From positions 1 to 64,000 of the forward strand of contig JBDRRS010000012.1 of NCBI GenBank assembly GCA_043825615.1: a stretch of 64,000 nucleotides of DNA. Direction: 5' to 3'. The notes under the pieces were generated by a model. That model had not been told where the DNA came from. It worked only from the letters and a program-made list of their open reading frames with translations, and ran no database searches. Numbering within the stretch: position 1 is the stretch's first letter; the number at the start of each line of letters is the position of its first letter. This document shows positions 48,128-58,616 of this stretch, piece after piece. This DNA comes from a bacterium (GTDB lineage Bacteria; CG03). Position numbers and translations under genes: made by a program.

Positions 48128-49102
48128 TCAATTTATAACAATTTTTGCTATTCTACAAGCTCCGGCAGAATCAACAACTTTTTTGAAATTATTCTGCTCT
48201 TCTATTATATCATTAACCGCTTCCCACACGGCGCGGCCTGTAACACTTTTATAATAACCCAAAGACTTAGTCAGATTTCTATTTTTCAGCAAAATAGAAT
48301 CCTTTTTGTCTTCCTTATAATTATTTATAACCACAACAGGTACCGAGAAATAATTGGCCTCATATATAGACACTCCTAAAGCCGTAATAAACAAATCCGC
48401 TGTGGATAAAATCTGCGGAAATAATTTACTGTCATCTATTACATCAACTTTCATTTCATATTTCGCAACGTAATCCCGTATAATTTGTTTGTTTTTGAAA
48501 GCCGAGCCTAATATAATTTTTATATTATGTTCTTGCAGATGAGCATTCAAAATTTTTAACATCTTCAATGATAAATTGTTCGGGTCTGCGCCGCCAAAAG
48601 AAATTAGTATATTCTTTCCTTTTTTTATAGTCTTCTTTTTTCTTTTATGCTTTAAAAAATCTTTTCTTAACGGAAAATACTTGGCGCCGTAATAAAGTTT
48701 TCCTTCAGCTTTGCTCCAATCCAGAGCGTCCGGATCAAAATGCTCAATGGGATAAATAACATTATTCACCAATAAACGGGCGTTCGTCGCGTTGTCCATC
48801 AAGGTAACCTTGCAATTATTCCGCTTTACTTTTCTTATTATGCCGCTTACATTTTTCTTGGAATCTATAAGAACCCGTTTATCTTTTATATTCAAATCGC
48901 ATTTTATAATAGAAGACACTGTTTGAAAAGGGAATTTATAGTTTTTCAAAGTCTCTGTGACGTTTTTTTCTTTGTTGACTATAAAAATAGGCGTTCGTCC
49001 TTTATCTCTTACGCGCTCGGCCACCGCGATAGATCTCATTAAATGACCCATGCCTATTTTTGAGCCGCCTTCCGTGATAAAAATAATTTCCTTATCTTTC
49101 AT
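48128..49102 (-). CDS. PseG-like UDP-sugar hydrolase / GT28 (MurG-like) family protein
   Basis: N-terminal TEGGSKIGMGHLMRS resembles the PseG GxGHxxR signature. Confidence 0.55.
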   Translation of the reverse strand: MKDKEIIFITEGGSKIGMGHLMRSIAVAERVRDKGRTPIFIVNKEKNVTETLKNYKFPFQTVSSIIKCDLNIKDKRVLIDSKKNVSGIIRKVKRNNCKVTLMDNATNARLLVNNVIYPIEHFDPDALDWSKAEGKLYYGAKYFPLRKDFLKHKRKKKTIKKGKNILISFGGADPNNLSLKMLKILNAHLQEHNIKIILGSAFKNKQIIRDYVAKYEMKVDVIDDSKLFPQILSTADLFITALGVSIYEANYFSVPVVVINNYKEDKKDSILLKNRNLTKSLGYYKSVTGRAVWEAVNDIIEEQNNFKKVVDSAGACRIAKIVIN

Positions 49103-49106
49103 AACA

Positions 49107-50030
49107 TTACATTTCCGGCCAATTGGCTGGATTCAGCCAGAATTTATCCGCTATCCCCATATCCAAAAGTTTATTATATTCCGTGTCCGGCGCTCTGCCC
49201 TCTTTTTCTGTTTCAAGAGCAAACGCAAGTTCATCCATTGATCTGACTCCTGCCAGAACCGACGATATACCTTCCGTTGAAAAACAGAACCTTAATGCCG
49301 TTTTTGTTAAATCCTCCCCTTCGGATAGATTCAAATCTCTTTTGATTTTACCGGCAGCTTCTTTCAAAACACTGAATCTGTCGTCCAGAAAGTCGGCCTT
49401 TTCCGTGAGAACGCCTTTCAGATAAGCTGAGCGGCTTATAATCCCCACGCCTTTTTTCACCGCTTCGGGAAAAACTTCCGTTCTCATCCTCTGGTCTAAA
49501 ATATTATAAGCAATCTGCAAAACATCAAAATACCCCGAATCCAGCGCCGCGATGGCGTTTTCCGGCTCGTAGACCGAAGCGCCTATAAATCTGACGATTC
49601 CCTTCTTTTTAAATTTAAGCAGCATTTCGGGAATATCCGAATGCAAAATTGTTTCCACCGTCGCATTATGTATCTGAACAATATCGAGGGCATCTCTTTT
49701 CAGATTTTTCAAACTTGCCAGCAATGATTTTTCAATGAACATCTCCGCGTTTTCGCCCGGCGGAGGGATATTAATTTTCGTCGCAAAATAACATTTTTCT
49801 CCGCCTAATATATCTCCGAGCAAATTTTCACTTTCTCCGTAAGCGGGCGCCGTATCAAACAAATTTATTCCCGAATCAACCGCTTTTTTAAGTATTCTTG
49901 CCGACTCCGTTCTGTCCGGCTTGCCATATTCACCCGGTTTTTTAATGCCGTAAGCCACTCCAAGCTCAACGGTTCCCAAACTTAAAGCCGAAACCAGCAA
50001 ACCTGTTTTTCCTAAAGCCCTGTATTCCAT
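49107..50030 (-). CDS. Aldo/keto reductase family oxidoreductase
   Basis: LGTVELG...DTAPAYG AKR motifs. Confidence 0.85.
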   Translation of the reverse strand: MEYRALGKTGLLVSALSLGTVELGVAYGIKKPGEYGKPDRTESARILKKAVDSGINLFDTAPAYGESENLLGDILGGEKCYFATKINIPPPGENAEMFIEKSLLASLKNLKRDALDIVQIHNATVETILHSDIPEMLLKFKKKGIVRFIGASVYEPENAIAALDSGYFDVLQIAYNILDQRMRTEVFPEAVKKGVGIISRSAYLKGVLTEKADFLDDRFSVLKEAAGKIKRDLNLSEGEDLTKTALRFCFSTEGISSVLAGVRSMDELAFALETEKEGRAPDTEYNKLLDMGIADKFWLNPANWPEM

Positions 50031-50034
50031 AATT

Positions 50035-51345
50035 CTAATTTTTCACAAACCTGTGAAAACCTCTCAGCGCAACGGGACATTCCAATTGCGATTCAACTTT
50101 TTCACCGTCAACGGCCTTTTTTATCTTCACAAAGACATCCTTCGCGGCTCTCAAATATTTATCAATGTGCTGTTTTTTGTGCGCATAGGACGGCTTGAAC
50201 TGCACCCACGCGAGAAAACCTTTTTTCAGCATCTCCTGAGTAAAATATGTTGTTATGGCAAGCTCATTTTTATAATCAAAAGAAAAATGGCAAAGTGTCG
50301 AGATGCCGGAAACATGTATTTTCAGACCCGTTTCTTTCGCTACATTTTCCAGCCCTTTCATGAACATATTGCCTATTTTTATGATGTGCTTCTCAACTTT
50401 ATTTTTTTTGTATTTTTTTATTGTGGCTATGGCCGCCGCGGGGCCGGTCCTTTCCGTCCAGTTAGTGCTGCTTATAAATGTTTTCTGGGCCGCCTGCATA
50501 ACTTTTCTTTTCCCTATTATGGCTCCTATAGGATAACCGTTGCCCATTGATTTGGCAAAAACCGCCATATCCGGATTGACTCCGAGCAAAAGATGAATCC
50601 CTCCGCATGTCATTCTGAAGCCGGTGGTTATTTCGTCAAATATCAAAATTGCTCTCGTTTTGTCGGCTATTCTTCTGACTTTTTTCAAAAAACTTTTATC
50701 GGGCATGCCTCTGGCCGGCTCCATTATTATGATGCCCAGTTCTTTCCCGTGTTTTTTTACAATATTTTCCAGTTCTTCCGTGTTGCCGTAATTAAAAGGA
50801 AATACCGTGTTTCTCAAACCGCGGGGAACGCCGCCCGGCGGAAGGCCGGGCATCAATGACCCGTCCAGCGCTTTTTTGCCTGACAAATTGGCCGCCAGGT
50901 ACCAGTCACACCAGCCGTGATAGCCGCAAAAAGCTATTTTATCTTTTCCTGAATATGCTCTTGCTATTCTTACGGCTATCGAAACGGCCTCGCCGCCGCC
51001 TCTGCAAAATCTCGCCATATCCGCCCAGGGATGAAGTTTACAAAGCATTTCCGCAAGCTCCACTTCTTCAGGGCAATTCAGCGTTGAAGCGGAACCGTTA
51101 TCAACGGCGTTTTTAACCGCTTTATTAACTTCCGCATCCGCATAACCGAGAACACACGCCCCTACGCCGAATATACTCATATCAATATATTTTTTGCCGT
51201 CCAGATCCGTGACTTCAACACCTTTAGCTTTTTTATAATACGCCGGCCACAAATCGGGAAGAAACATTTCCGGCCTTTTTGAAAAAAGCTGCGTTCCGCC
51301 CGGCATAACTTTCAGCGCCTTTTTATAAAGTTTTTGACCTTTCAT
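50035..51345 (-). CDS. Class III aminotransferase (glutamate-1-semialdehyde 2,1-aminomutase-like)
   Basis: 436 aa with the PLP fold type I and HemL-like N-terminal pattern (MPGGTQLFSKRP...). Confidence 0.8.
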   Translation of the reverse strand: MKGQKLYKKALKVMPGGTQLFSKRPEMFLPDLWPAYYKKAKGVEVTDLDGKKYIDMSIFGVGACVLGYADAEVNKAVKNAVDNGSASTLNCPEEVELAEMLCKLHPWADMARFCRGGGEAVSIAVRIARAYSGKDKIAFCGYHGWCDWYLAANLSGKKALDGSLMPGLPPGGVPRGLRNTVFPFNYGNTEELENIVKKHGKELGIIIMEPARGMPDKSFLKKVRRIADKTRAILIFDEITTGFRMTCGGIHLLLGVNPDMAVFAKSMGNGYPIGAIIGKRKVMQAAQKTFISSTNWTERTGPAAAIATIKKYKKNKVEKHIIKIGNMFMKGLENVAKETGLKIHVSGISTLCHFSFDYKNELAITTYFTQEMLKKGFLAWVQFKPSYAHKKQHIDKYLRAAKDVFVKIKKAVDGEKVESQLECPVALRGFHRFVKN

Positions 51346-51356
51346 AATTATTCTCC

Positions 51357-53528
51357 CTATTTTAATATATTAGAATTAACCTCAAATACAGTGATGCTTG
51401 ACGTAGCAAAAACTGGCTTTAATTCACTTCTAAATGGAAAATCCGACAAGCCGGATTTATAGTATAGTAAATAATTTATATTATACTTCCTGAATATTTT
51501 CTTAGCCAAACCAATATCCTTAATTTTGCTTAATTGCCGGAAGACTTCGTCTCTCTTATCAGTTTCGCTTTTGTAAATAACAGACATTGTCCAAACACTC
51601 TCAAAAAATGCCCGCCTGCCGGTAAACGCAGAAAAAATATGTCCCTTTTGCCGGTTGCTAATTATCACTGAATTAACAGGTGTTTTATCTCTTAAAAAAC
51701 AATACGCCAAATATTGATCCTTATTAAATTTTTGTACATGTGAAACGTTAATTGGGTTTCTCTTTTCAGCTATGAGCAATGACCGTGGGAAAATATAATT
51801 AAAAAACATAATTGTGCATGTAACAAATAAACTTTTTTGATAAAAAAATGTTTTCGTACCCAGTAATACTTTTATTTTCTTATAGAACAAATTAAAACCA
51901 CTTATCCCTAAAATTACAGAAAACAAACTTACAATTGTTGCTGAATGCCCCGCTACATTCCATGATGTAAATCGACCGGCATCTTCCTGAATAAGAAAAA
52001 GACTTACAAAAATTACTCCAAGCCATCCCATAAAAATGCTGTAATCAAGGAAATTTAAAGTTTTAGACCTTATTTTTTTAACAATATATACCAATATAAA
52101 AGGGAAATAAATCCCCGGCATCCTTATGAAAAATTGAATAAAAATTACAACAATCCGTCTTATATCTACTGGCAAACGTCCGACAAGGTGTAAAATTTTT
52201 CCTGTTATAAAGTATTGACTATATACATGATCTGCATATAACCCATATTTAATTCCTATTTTGGCCACTACAGGCGACTGCATAGAATAAAATATGAATA
52301 TAATTCCAAAGCAGACAATAAATAAAAAACAATACAGGTAACCCCTGTTATAGATTTCACTTTTCTGTTTATGATTTTTTCTTGAAAAAGCAGAGGGAAC
52401 TCCATACAAATAAGATAAATCTTTGTAAAAATACTGCTTGTATATATGTACCAGCCCAATAATTACAGCAAAAGATGGAAATATAACAATAAAAAAATTT
52501 GCCTTAAATTGAAACATTACTATAGAAAAGAACGCTGCCATATAAAGAAAAACAATCCTTTTCTGTCGGTCAAAAAAATTAAGAGAGAGGAAAAATCCCA
52601 TATAAATCAAAAACCCAGCATATGCCGGAGGGTTATGAAAAAGATATTTTAAAAGTCCTGCATTATCATTTCCTATGATCGTTACTTGCCCATTTGTGAA
52701 AAAATACAAATAAAACATTATAATGGCTACATAGCCCATTACAGTGGAAGTTGTCAGCCTTCTGATTAAAATAAATAAACTTGAGGCAAACAAAATATCG
52801 CGGAAAATGGGAAGAAAAATATGATAGATTTGAAACATATCTATCTTGCTGAATTTTGCCATAACAGCTATAAACACATCGGGAAATACATGATATACTG
52901 GAAAGGGATATCCCGCCAAGCAAGGATTTTGCTGAGGCGGACAGTTTTTTAAAATTTCCTGCACAAAACTTAAGTGGATTAAATGATCATGATATTGTGT
53001 ATAAATAAATTTAAAAGGGGATTCAACCAAAAAATATTGTAAATCATGAGCATTAATAATTATTACCAAACAAATTAATAGAAGAAGCATAAAATCGACT
53101 TCTTTTATTTTATGCGATATCACAACATTTTTCTTTTTCAAAGCACCAATTAATATATACATATGGGAAACTACCGCTAATCCGCAAATAGCAAAATATC
53201 CCATTTCAAAACCTATCCCACTTAGAACAAAGAAAAGAGCAGTGGTCAGAGGATATCCAATAAGACAGGAGAAAACAATTTTTTCAAACAAATTTAAATT
53301 ATTTATTTGCGCTAACCATACAACTGCCCATCCTATTGAAAATACAAGAACATATATTGAAAATGCAAACCCGTAAAATTCTTTCCAAGAAAAAAATAAA
53401 AAACTTCTTAAAAACAAAACAGTAAAAATTGAGATGGCAATTATTCCAAACACTTTCAATTGGTTTTTTAAAACATCTGATAAATTAAACTCTCTATGGA
53501 ACAATAAATAATTAAGAGTTTTTTTCAT
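51357..53528 (-). CDS. Large polytopic membrane protein, a candidate GT-C-type glycosyltransferase/oligosaccharyltransferase-like enzyme
   Basis: 723 aa with more than 14 predicted TM helices; no soluble catalytic motif identified. Confidence 0.4.
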   Translation of the reverse strand: MKKTLNYLLFHREFNLSDVLKNQLKVFGIIAISIFTVLFLRSFLFFSWKEFYGFAFSIYVLVFSIGWAVVWLAQINNLNLFEKIVFSCLIGYPLTTALFFVLSGIGFEMGYFAICGLAVVSHMYILIGALKKKNVVISHKIKEVDFMLLLLICLVIIINAHDLQYFLVESPFKFIYTQYHDHLIHLSFVQEILKNCPPQQNPCLAGYPFPVYHVFPDVFIAVMAKFSKIDMFQIYHIFLPIFRDILFASSLFILIRRLTTSTVMGYVAIIMFYLYFFTNGQVTIIGNDNAGLLKYLFHNPPAYAGFLIYMGFFLSLNFFDRQKRIVFLYMAAFFSIVMFQFKANFFIVIFPSFAVIIGLVHIYKQYFYKDLSYLYGVPSAFSRKNHKQKSEIYNRGYLYCFLFIVCFGIIFIFYSMQSPVVAKIGIKYGLYADHVYSQYFITGKILHLVGRLPVDIRRIVVIFIQFFIRMPGIYFPFILVYIVKKIRSKTLNFLDYSIFMGWLGVIFVSLFLIQEDAGRFTSWNVAGHSATIVSLFSVILGISGFNLFYKKIKVLLGTKTFFYQKSLFVTCTIMFFNYIFPRSLLIAEKRNPINVSHVQKFNKDQYLAYCFLRDKTPVNSVIISNRQKGHIFSAFTGRRAFFESVWTMSVIYKSETDKRDEVFRQLSKIKDIGLAKKIFRKYNINYLLYYKSGLSDFPFRSELKPVFATSSITVFEVNSNILK

Positions 53529-54315
53529 TGATATTGTTCCTTTGCATATTCTTTTTATTAAAATCTTTGTCCGTTTTTAAGGACTGCAAATAACCTTCAT
53601 TTCTTATAATATGCATATTTATTTTTGCCAACTCCGGTTTCCTCCGTAGTAACTTGAATATATCCTGATATGTGAAATTTTTTTTATCTTCTTTGCAAAG
53701 TTCATCAAAAATAGCCTTCAAAAACTCATAATCTTCCGGCTCGTCAATAGTCCATCTATAATTTACTTTATTCCTGAACTTTTTGTAGCCACCCACTTTA
53801 AACCGGTCTTTGCTTTTCTCAATAAAAGCGCCAGCGACATGCTCCCTTTCCGACGGTAAAATTGTCTCTTTAAAGGCCTCTTCCAGCGCTTTAAACGAAT
53901 ACACCGTCACATCAAGACCGTCGGGAAAATCACCAGACAAACCGTAATAATCAAAGCCGCCTTTTATAAACCGTTCCACCACCTCATCAACTATGCCCGG
54001 ATCTATTACAGGGCAATCCGCCGTCACTCTGACAATATTATCCAAGCCGTATTTTTTCGCCGCGTAATAATACCTCGCAAGCACGTCGTTAAGACTACCG
54101 AAAAAAACAGGAATCCCCAGTTCGTCCGCAACTTTTTTCAATTTCCTATCCGATTTTTCGGTTGAAGTGGCAAGAATAACACAATCAAGCTTCCGGCAGC
54201 TCTTCAATCTCTTTAAAACATGCCATAGAACCGGCTTTCTTGATAAGGGCAAGAGCACTTTTCCTGGCAATCTTTCGGAGCTCAGTCTTGCTTGAACAAT
54301 TGCACCTGTTTTCAT
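53512..54315 (-). CDS. Acylneuraminate cytidylyltransferase family protein (CMP-nonulosonic acid synthetase, PseF/SpsF-like)
   Basis: N-terminal AIVQARLSSERLPGKVL signature. Confidence 0.75.
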   Translation of the reverse strand: MKTGAIVQARLSSERLPGKVLLPLSRKPVLWHVLKRLKSCRKLDCVILATSTEKSDRKLKKVADELGIPVFFGSLNDVLARYYYAAKKYGLDNIVRVTADCPVIDPGIVDEVVERFIKGGFDYYGLSGDFPDGLDVTVYSFKALEEAFKETILPSEREHVAGAFIEKSKDRFKVGGYKKFRNKVNYRWTIDEPEDYEFLKAIFDELCKEDKKNFTYQDIFKLLRRKPELAKINMHIIRNEGYLQSLKTDKDFNKKNMQRNNINEKNS

Positions 54316-55475
54316 TTTTTATCACCGGGAAAAATTGCAATTTCAAACTTTTTTATTTCTTTAATGATTATTTTTTGATCTCTTTTCCTTAATTTATTAT
54401 AAAACGGTAACCTTACTAATCTTGAGCTAAAATCCTCCGCAATTGGAAAATCCCCTTTTTTATATCCAAATTTTTTTCCCATCACAGAAAGATGCAAGGG
54501 GACATAATGAAATATTGCGCATATTTTTTTCTCTTGCAGTTTTTGAATTAGCTTATCTCTTAATTTATGCGATGGCAATAACAAATAAAACATATGATAA
54601 TTTGGCTTAGTATTTTGGGGGATCACTGGAAGTTTTATATACCCCTGCTTTTCCAATGGTTTCAAATTTTCATAATAAAACCAAAATATTTTTTTTCTCA
54701 TTTCTTGTATCTTTTCCATACTTTCCAATTGAGCATATAAATAAGCTGCAAGTAAATCAGACAATAAATAACTTGACCCCACATCAACCCACGTATATTT
54801 ATCAATCAAGCCCATATTAAACTTCTTTCTATTTGTACCCTTCTGTCTTATTATATCCGCTCTTTCAAGGAATTTATCATTATTAATAATTAATGCCCCT
54901 CCCTCACCGCAACTGTAATTTTTTGTTTCATGAAAACTGTACGCTCCAAAATCACCTATGGTTCCTAAATATTGATTTTCATATTTTGCGTTAACTCCCT
55001 GGGCGGCGTCTTCAACAACATACAAATTATGCGCCTTTGCTATTTGCATTATCTTGTTCATTTCGCATCCAATACCGGCATAATGAACAGGGACTATGGC
55101 TTTTGTTTTTTTCGTGATTTTTTTTTCTATTTCATTTTCATTTATATTCAAGGTATCTTCTCTTATATCCACAAATACCGGTTTTGCCCCCCTTAAAACA
55201 AAACTTGTCGCTGTTGACGGGAATGTATAAGCAGGCATTATTACTTCATCTCCTGCTTTTAAATTAAGTAAAAGTGCCGCCATTTCCAGTGCAGAAGTAC
55301 AAGAAGGTGTTAAAAGAACCTTCTTTGCACCAATAATTCTTTCTAACAGTTTAGATACTTTTTTTGTAAACTCACCATCACCGGAAATACATAAATTTTT
55401 CAAAGCTTTTTTCATATATTTAATTTCTTTATAAGTTCCATATGGTTTGTTAAAAGCAATTATTTTTCGTTTCAT
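54312..55475 (-). CDS. DegT/DnrJ/EryC1/StrS-family PLP-dependent sugar aminotransferase
   Basis: 387 aa with conserved fold-type-I motifs. Confidence 0.8.
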   Translation of the reverse strand: MKRKIIAFNKPYGTYKEIKYMKKALKNLCISGDGEFTKKVSKLLERIIGAKKVLLTPSCTSALEMAALLLNLKAGDEVIMPAYTFPSTATSFVLRGAKPVFVDIREDTLNINENEIEKKITKKTKAIVPVHYAGIGCEMNKIMQIAKAHNLYVVEDAAQGVNAKYENQYLGTIGDFGAYSFHETKNYSCGEGGALIINNDKFLERADIIRQKGTNRKKFNMGLIDKYTWVDVGSSYLLSDLLAAYLYAQLESMEKIQEMRKKIFWFYYENLKPLEKQGYIKLPVIPQNTKPNYHMFYLLLPSHKLRDKLIQKLQEKKICAIFHYVPLHLSVMGKKFGYKKGDFPIAEDFSSRLVRLPFYNKLRKRDQKIIIKEIKKFEIAIFPGDKK

Positions 55476-56383
55476 TATTGTTCTAAAATGGCCAAACCTA
55501 TACCGGTCTTGCCGTAGCCATTACCGTTGTAAAGCATGTATTTTTTACCATTATGTTCAAAAACATGAGCATAGCATATCATTTCGGAATCCCAGCCCGT
55601 GTCGGACACATCAATGCCCACCTCATTGTCCTTCCTTTCCCACCGTAACCCATCTTTAGATTCGGCATAGCCGATTCTGTAACTCTTCCCGCGATAAGAA
55701 TACCACATTTTATAAATACCGTTTTCCTTGAGAACGCAGGGGCGGGCAATAGCATATTCATCCGGCGATTTAAAATCTATACAAACAATCCCTTTTCTAT
55801 CCCATATAATTCCGTCCTTAGATTCAGCATACTTGATATGATAATAATGTTTTGGCGCGTTGTTTTCCACTGTCCATTTTATTCCGGACACATACCACAT
55901 TCTCCAAATGTTATTTTCAATCAAAACGCAAGGGCTTGCCACAAAACAGGCATCATAGATGCTTCTATCCACGACAGGTCCGTCACCATATTTCTCAAAC
56001 GTCCTTCCTCCATCATAACTAAGCGCCAAACCTATAGAATTTCTAAACGGCAATGTTCCCCCAGTATTCCATCCTATATAATACAAGTACATGCAATTGC
56101 TATACTCGCATAACCACGACGCCATAGCCCCTGACTCATCAAAAGTGCCGAACTCACCAGTTTTTATTATTGGTTCACTTGCTATACTAAAAACTTCTTC
56201 TGGCTTATTGATATTAATTTCAATGAATCCAATTTGGGATTTATTAAATATACTACGTCCACTAAAATAGATACGATATAAATCATGGTCTATCCTAAAT
56301 GCAAACGGAACCGCGGCATGGAAAACCATCCATTTCAGATTCTTCGGCGGCTCAAAGATAAGACCTTTTTTTATCCACTTCAT
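55475..56383 (-). CDS. Hypothetical beta-propeller protein, glycoside hydrolase family 32/43-like
   Basis: Repeated W/Y-rich blade motifs (WYVSG, MWYSYRG, YAESKDG x2). Confidence 0.4.
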   Translation of the reverse strand: MKWIKKGLIFEPPKNLKWMVFHAAVPFAFRIDHDLYRIYFSGRSIFNKSQIGFIEININKPEEVFSIASEPIIKTGEFGTFDESGAMASWLCEYSNCMYLYYIGWNTGGTLPFRNSIGLALSYDGGRTFEKYGDGPVVDRSIYDACFVASPCVLIENNIWRMWYVSGIKWTVENNAPKHYYHIKYAESKDGIIWDRKGIVCIDFKSPDEYAIARPCVLKENGIYKMWYSYRGKSYRIGYAESKDGLRWERKDNEVGIDVSDTGWDSEMICYAHVFEHNGKKYMLYNGNGYGKTGIGLAILEQ

Positions 56384-56401
56384 TTATTAAGTTTATATGC
56401 C

Positions 56402-57061
56402 CTACAATTTTATCTTATCGCTGTTTATTTTAAAAAGCGGGGTCCTCTGCGGAACATATACTCCTTTCTCAACAGTATCTTTCATAATAATCGCTCCGGC
56501 ACCAATTAATGTTTCAGCTGCAATTGTAATTGAATTACGCAAAGTCGCATTAACACCTATAAAACAATACTTACTGATATGAACATTTCCCGACACAACA
56601 ACATGCGATGTAATAAAGCAGTGGTCTTCAATAACCGAATCATGCCCTATATGGTTTCCGCTCCACAGTGTCACGTTATTTCCTATCTTCACAAAAGGCT
56701 GGATTGTGTTGTTTTCCAGAATAAAGCAGTTATCCCCCACAGGTTTGTCGCTTAGAAAAGTGCATTTGCTGCTGATGTATGATACCAACTGATAACCCTT
56801 TTCTTTCGCCATGCAAAACTTCTGCGCTCTAATTTTATTCATTTCGGCATAACTAAGAGCTATGAACATCTTATGGGTTGATGGAGAACATCTGTCTACA
56901 ATAGCTTCAAAATCAATAATCGGCAATCCCATAAAATTATCACCTGTCATATACTTGCTGTCAATGGTAAAACCAACCACTTCATGCTCGCTATCACAAG
57001 AAAAATAATGGTGCGCCAGTTTTGCAATATCGCCTGTTCCAAAAATAATTAGTTTAGCCAT
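56402..57061 (-). CDS. PglD/NeuD-family sugar N-/O-acetyltransferase (left-handed beta-helix)
   Basis: N-terminal Rossmann-like IIFGTGDIAK plus C-terminal hexapeptide repeats. Confidence 0.75.
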   Translation of the reverse strand: MAKLIIFGTGDIAKLAHHYFSCDSEHEVVGFTIDSKYMTGDNFMGLPIIDFEAIVDRCSPSTHKMFIALSYAEMNKIRAQKFCMAKEKGYQLVSYISSKCTFLSDKPVGDNCFILENNTIQPFVKIGNNVTLWSGNHIGHDSVIEDHCFITSHVVVSGNVHISKYCFIGVNATLRNSITIAAETLIGAGAIIMKDTVEKGVYVPQRTPLFKINSDKIKL

Positions 57062-57705
57062 TATTCCTCTTTTCTCACCAGTATAGTGAACTCATATAAT
57101 GGATAATCATGTAATACGGCAATCAATCTTGAGAAGTTTTTTTTGCAATAGTCAAATAAAAAAAGTGGATCTGCATAAAAAAGATTATGCCTCATAAATT
57201 CGGGGTCAGAATACTTTGTCAACATATTGAAAGCAAAGCCTTTCTTGCTTATTTCCGCTAATTTTCCGAGAGTGCGAAGCACATAATCTTTCCATGCGTC
57301 ATCGCTCGTTCGCATCTTGACATTAAATATACCGCTGGCAACCGTATAATCTGTAATACTAATGTCCTTTTCATCGGAAGTAAAAGCACAATTTTTTAAA
57401 CTGCCGTATTTTGCTCGAGCCGCATCAATCATGTGTACTGATATATCAAATCCATTATATTCAAATTGGTACCCTTTTTCCGCTAAATACCCTGCCAGTG
57501 CGCCATAACCGCAACCATAGTCAGTTAATGTAAAATACTGACTCGTGTTAAAGATCTTGAGGAGTTGTTCGAATCTTAATTCCTGAGACTGCGCCGAATT
57601 CCAATCTACACCTTTTGGGAATGGGCCATAAACATCAAGTTTTTTATCATAATATTGTTTTGTTTGAAATAAAATATCGTCAAATATCATTTTTTTACCT
57701 TTCAT
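57061..57705 (-). CDS. Class I SAM-dependent methyltransferase
   Basis: TDYGCGYGALAGYLA motif I. Confidence 0.65.
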   Translation of the reverse strand: MKGKKMIFDDILFQTKQYYDKKLDVYGPFPKGVDWNSAQSQELRFEQLLKIFNTSQYFTLTDYGCGYGALAGYLAEKGYQFEYNGFDISVHMIDAARAKYGSLKNCAFTSDEKDISITDYTVASGIFNVKMRTSDDAWKDYVLRTLGKLAEISKKGFAFNMLTKYSDPEFMRHNLFYADPLFLFDYCKKNFSRLIAVLHDYPLYEFTILVRKEE

Positions 57706-58615
57706 AAATTTTTCTTATTATAGTGTACGGCCTGTCTTTGGTTTCCATAAAAACCCTTGAGAGATAAATGCCTATTAAGCCCACGCAAAAAATCGTTAAT
57801 CCTCCAAAAAACCATATAGTCACAATCAGGGACGGCCAACCTGCAAGAAGCACGCCGAAAAACGCCCTCTTTATTACAAGGTATAATGCGGTTATACTGG
57901 ATACAAGAAGAATTACACAGCCAAGGTAGAAGATAAATAACAAAGGTTTGTTACTGAACGACGTAATGGAATTTACCAATAAGGAAAATTTTTTTCCTAT
58001 ATCATAGCTGGTTGTTTTCTTATCCCTCTTCTCAACCATTAGAGGAACCTGCTTAAATCCGGTAATAGCCCAGAGACCTGCCATAAAAACCTCGCGGTCC
58101 TTATGTTTCACCAGATTGTTGACATATCTTTTGCTCATCAAGCGGGATGTTACCAGATTTGCAGGAATAGGGTAAGTTGAAAGAATATTAATCAACCAGT
58201 AAAAAATATTTCCTGACAACTTCTCAAAAAATCTCCCCTTGCGTGACTTTTGCACACCATAAACAACATCTATATCGTCATTTTTTATGTATTCTGCATA
58301 AAAACTTTCCACAAGCTCTGGATCTTCCTCTAAATCACAATCTATAAGAAAAACGATATCTCCCTGAGCGTGCATAAGGCCTGTCATCATTGCTTTGTGA
58401 TGGCCAAAATTTCTTGAAAAATCAATAATTTTGACCTTTGGGTCTTTTTCGTATAAGTATACGGCAATATTAAGCGAGTTATCCGGAGAGCCGTCGTTTA
58501 CAAAAATTATTTCGTAATTATTGGTAATTTTTCTTGCGGAAATGCTTATTTTCTTATAGAACTCTTTTAAATCTGGTTCCGAATAGTAAAGAGTAGTAAT
58601 TATTGATAATCTCAT
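57695..58615 (-). CDS. GT2 polyprenyl-phosphate glycosyltransferase (ArnC/GtrB/DPM1-like) with two C-terminal TM helices
   Basis: IITTLYYSE ... VNDGSPD ... DCDLEEDP motifs, plus C-terminal TMs. Confidence 0.8.
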   Translation of the reverse strand: MRLSIITTLYYSEPDLKEFYKKISISARKITNNYEIIFVNDGSPDNSLNIAVYLYEKDPKVKIIDFSRNFGHHKAMMTGLMHAQGDIVFLIDCDLEEDPELVESFYAEYIKNDDIDVVYGVQKSRKGRFFEKLSGNIFYWLINILSTYPIPANLVTSRLMSKRYVNNLVKHKDREVFMAGLWAITGFKQVPLMVEKRDKKTTSYDIGKKFSLLVNSITSFSNKPLLFIFYLGCVILLVSSITALYLVIKRAFFGVLLAGWPSLIVTIWFFGGLTIFCVGLIGIYLSRVFMETKDRPYTIIRKIYER

Positions 58616-58616
58616 C

